In this document: positions 62,771 through 64,000 of the stretch, in pieces
How the letters are laid out: every line of letters begins with the position of its first letter
Numbering within the stretch: the stretch's first letter is position 1
The notes under the pieces: model-generated
The model's database searches: none
Told to the model about the DNA's origin: nothing
What the model saw: only the letters and a program-made list of their open reading frames with translations
Translations under genes and position numbers: made by a program
Assembly (NCBI GenBank): GCA_037447605.1
Contig: CM074805.1
Coordinates: forward strand, 620,001-684,000
Reading direction: 5' to 3'
DNA from: Zygnema circumcarinatum SAG 698-1b
Lineage: Eukaryota > Plantae > Zygnematophyceae
DNA length: 64,000 bases

Positions 62771-64000
62771 TAACTCTATCAGGAAAACGGCGGAAAGTGA
62801 AGACGCATGAATGCACCTCATGGTGCATGACATTCGTTGTAACCAAGTTCGAAATTTCCACCTTATTACAAAGGAAACACCAAATTATGTTCGAGCACCA
62901 TACTTTCCTTCCCGAGACTAAAGCACACACCCAACCAAAGCTAAGGAAGTGCATCTCTCAAAACCAAAGGAAAGAGCATCCAAAGGCTCTTCCTTCCATG
63001 GGCCCACATTTCATAGTACAAAGTTTGAAACACACTCGAGCCGGCACGTCCTTATAAGCAGATGTTACCACAACATCGACCCACCCGCCAGTCTGGAGGG
63101 AGGGAGGAGAGGAAGCTACCGCTAGAGGTCTTCCCAACCCCTCTCTCCCTCGAGTGTTACACAAAAGGGAATTCACTAAGCCAGACCACACCAGCAGGCT
63201 CTCTGATGTTTTGCCATCTACCAAAACTGAGAAAGTGTCTGGAACAAACGAATCAAGACACAACAGAACTGTAGCTGTAACTGAACTGAATTAAACTGAA
63301 CTGGATGCAACTGCCCTGCATCATGACACTAGTACTACACGTATATACAACACACTCTCCTGTCACTCCAAAATCCAAAATGTACACTGGAAATCTATGT
63401 ACACTGGAAATCTATGTAGCAGCTTCTCCATGGGTTCCCCAGGGGGCACTCAGCACGCCCACCGCCATAATTCCCCTCTCCGATGCCTTTTAAGGCGTAC
63501 GTACAAGGCTCTCCTCCGTCTCTAAGCCCAAAACCTGCAGTAGTGTCACTATATAAAACCACTCTGCAAGAGATGCTCCACCACAGGCACTGCAGTGACT
63601 ACGAGGATGGCTGAGCCTGAGAAGAATGCCACAATTGATACCACTGTCTTAACCATTCCTTCCAGTTCATTGCCTCCTGCTTTTTCCCGCAGTACAGTCT
63701 CTCCCTCACCACCATCCCGGCCTTCCGTAATTTCCTCTGCTTGAAGCCCCCCTTCTTCACGCGTATCCTCCTGTGAGCAAACAACATTTTCATTGTTTTC
63801 TTCCACCGGCATTTCCAAGTGACCGCAGAAGTTCTCTCGTCCATCGACTTCACGCACAACCGATTGCTCTGAATCACCTTCTAACCTCTCCGCTGCAGAT
63901 TCGATCGGACTCATTTCCGACTCCAATGGTGGCTCTGATTGTAAGCCATGCGAGCTATCCCTCCTCACATTTTCCGACAAAGGGATGCTTGAGGCGTACA
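62771..64000 (-). repeat. Right arm of the inverted duplication (continues beyond the window)
   Basis: Reverse complement of 47453-49172, lacking about 523 bp (48062-48584). Confidence 0.95.
63549..64000 (-). CDS. BAM: 3' end of a second beta-amylase copy in inverted orientation (partial, runs off the window)
   Basis: Translation is identical to the last 143 aa of 46996-47904. The alternative-frame ORFs (47576-47854 vs 63599-63877) are also identical, implying essentially identical DNA. Confidence 0.85.
   Translation of the reverse strand, partial: YASSIPLSENVRRDSSHGLQSEPPLESEMSPIESAAERLEGDSEQSVVREVDGRENFCGHLEMPVEENNENVVCSQEDTREEGGLQAEEITEGRDGGEGETVLREKAGGNELEGMVKTVVSIVAFFSGSAILVVTAVPVVEHLLQSGFI

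Overview
Intron-rich nuclear DNA from a green plant lineage. It is inferred to be a streptophyte alga or early-diverging land plant from the HCF107, plant-type beta-amylase and plant-type BTB genes. Genes in order: 3' end of an unidentified gene; DCAF11/LEC14B (-); HCF107 (+); a plastid DnaJ-type zinc-finger protein (+); SSRP1 (+); a stand-alone AT-hook/HMG-box gene derived from the 3' exons of SSRP1 (+); a small conserved plastid protein (+); a bacterial-type Zn alcohol dehydrogenase (-); a beta-amylase with a long acidic C-terminal extension ending in a hydrophobic tail (+); an intronless BTB/POZ gene (+); and the 3' end of a second, inverted beta-amylase copy (-) running off the window. The 13.6-kb spacer between the inverted arms holds a transposon nest that can be reconstructed from target-site duplications (TSDs). 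A hAT MITE (intact sister copy at 17.7 kb) is interrupted by two foldback elements and a decayed 8.1-kb Ty3/gypsy element, and it abuts a third foldback. The gypsy gag ORF begins inside its 5' LTR. No tRNA, rRNA, snRNA or CRISPR array was recognised. Two 10-N assembly gaps (38960-38969, 58537-58546) limit some conclusions. All homology calls are from motif recognition, not database searches.
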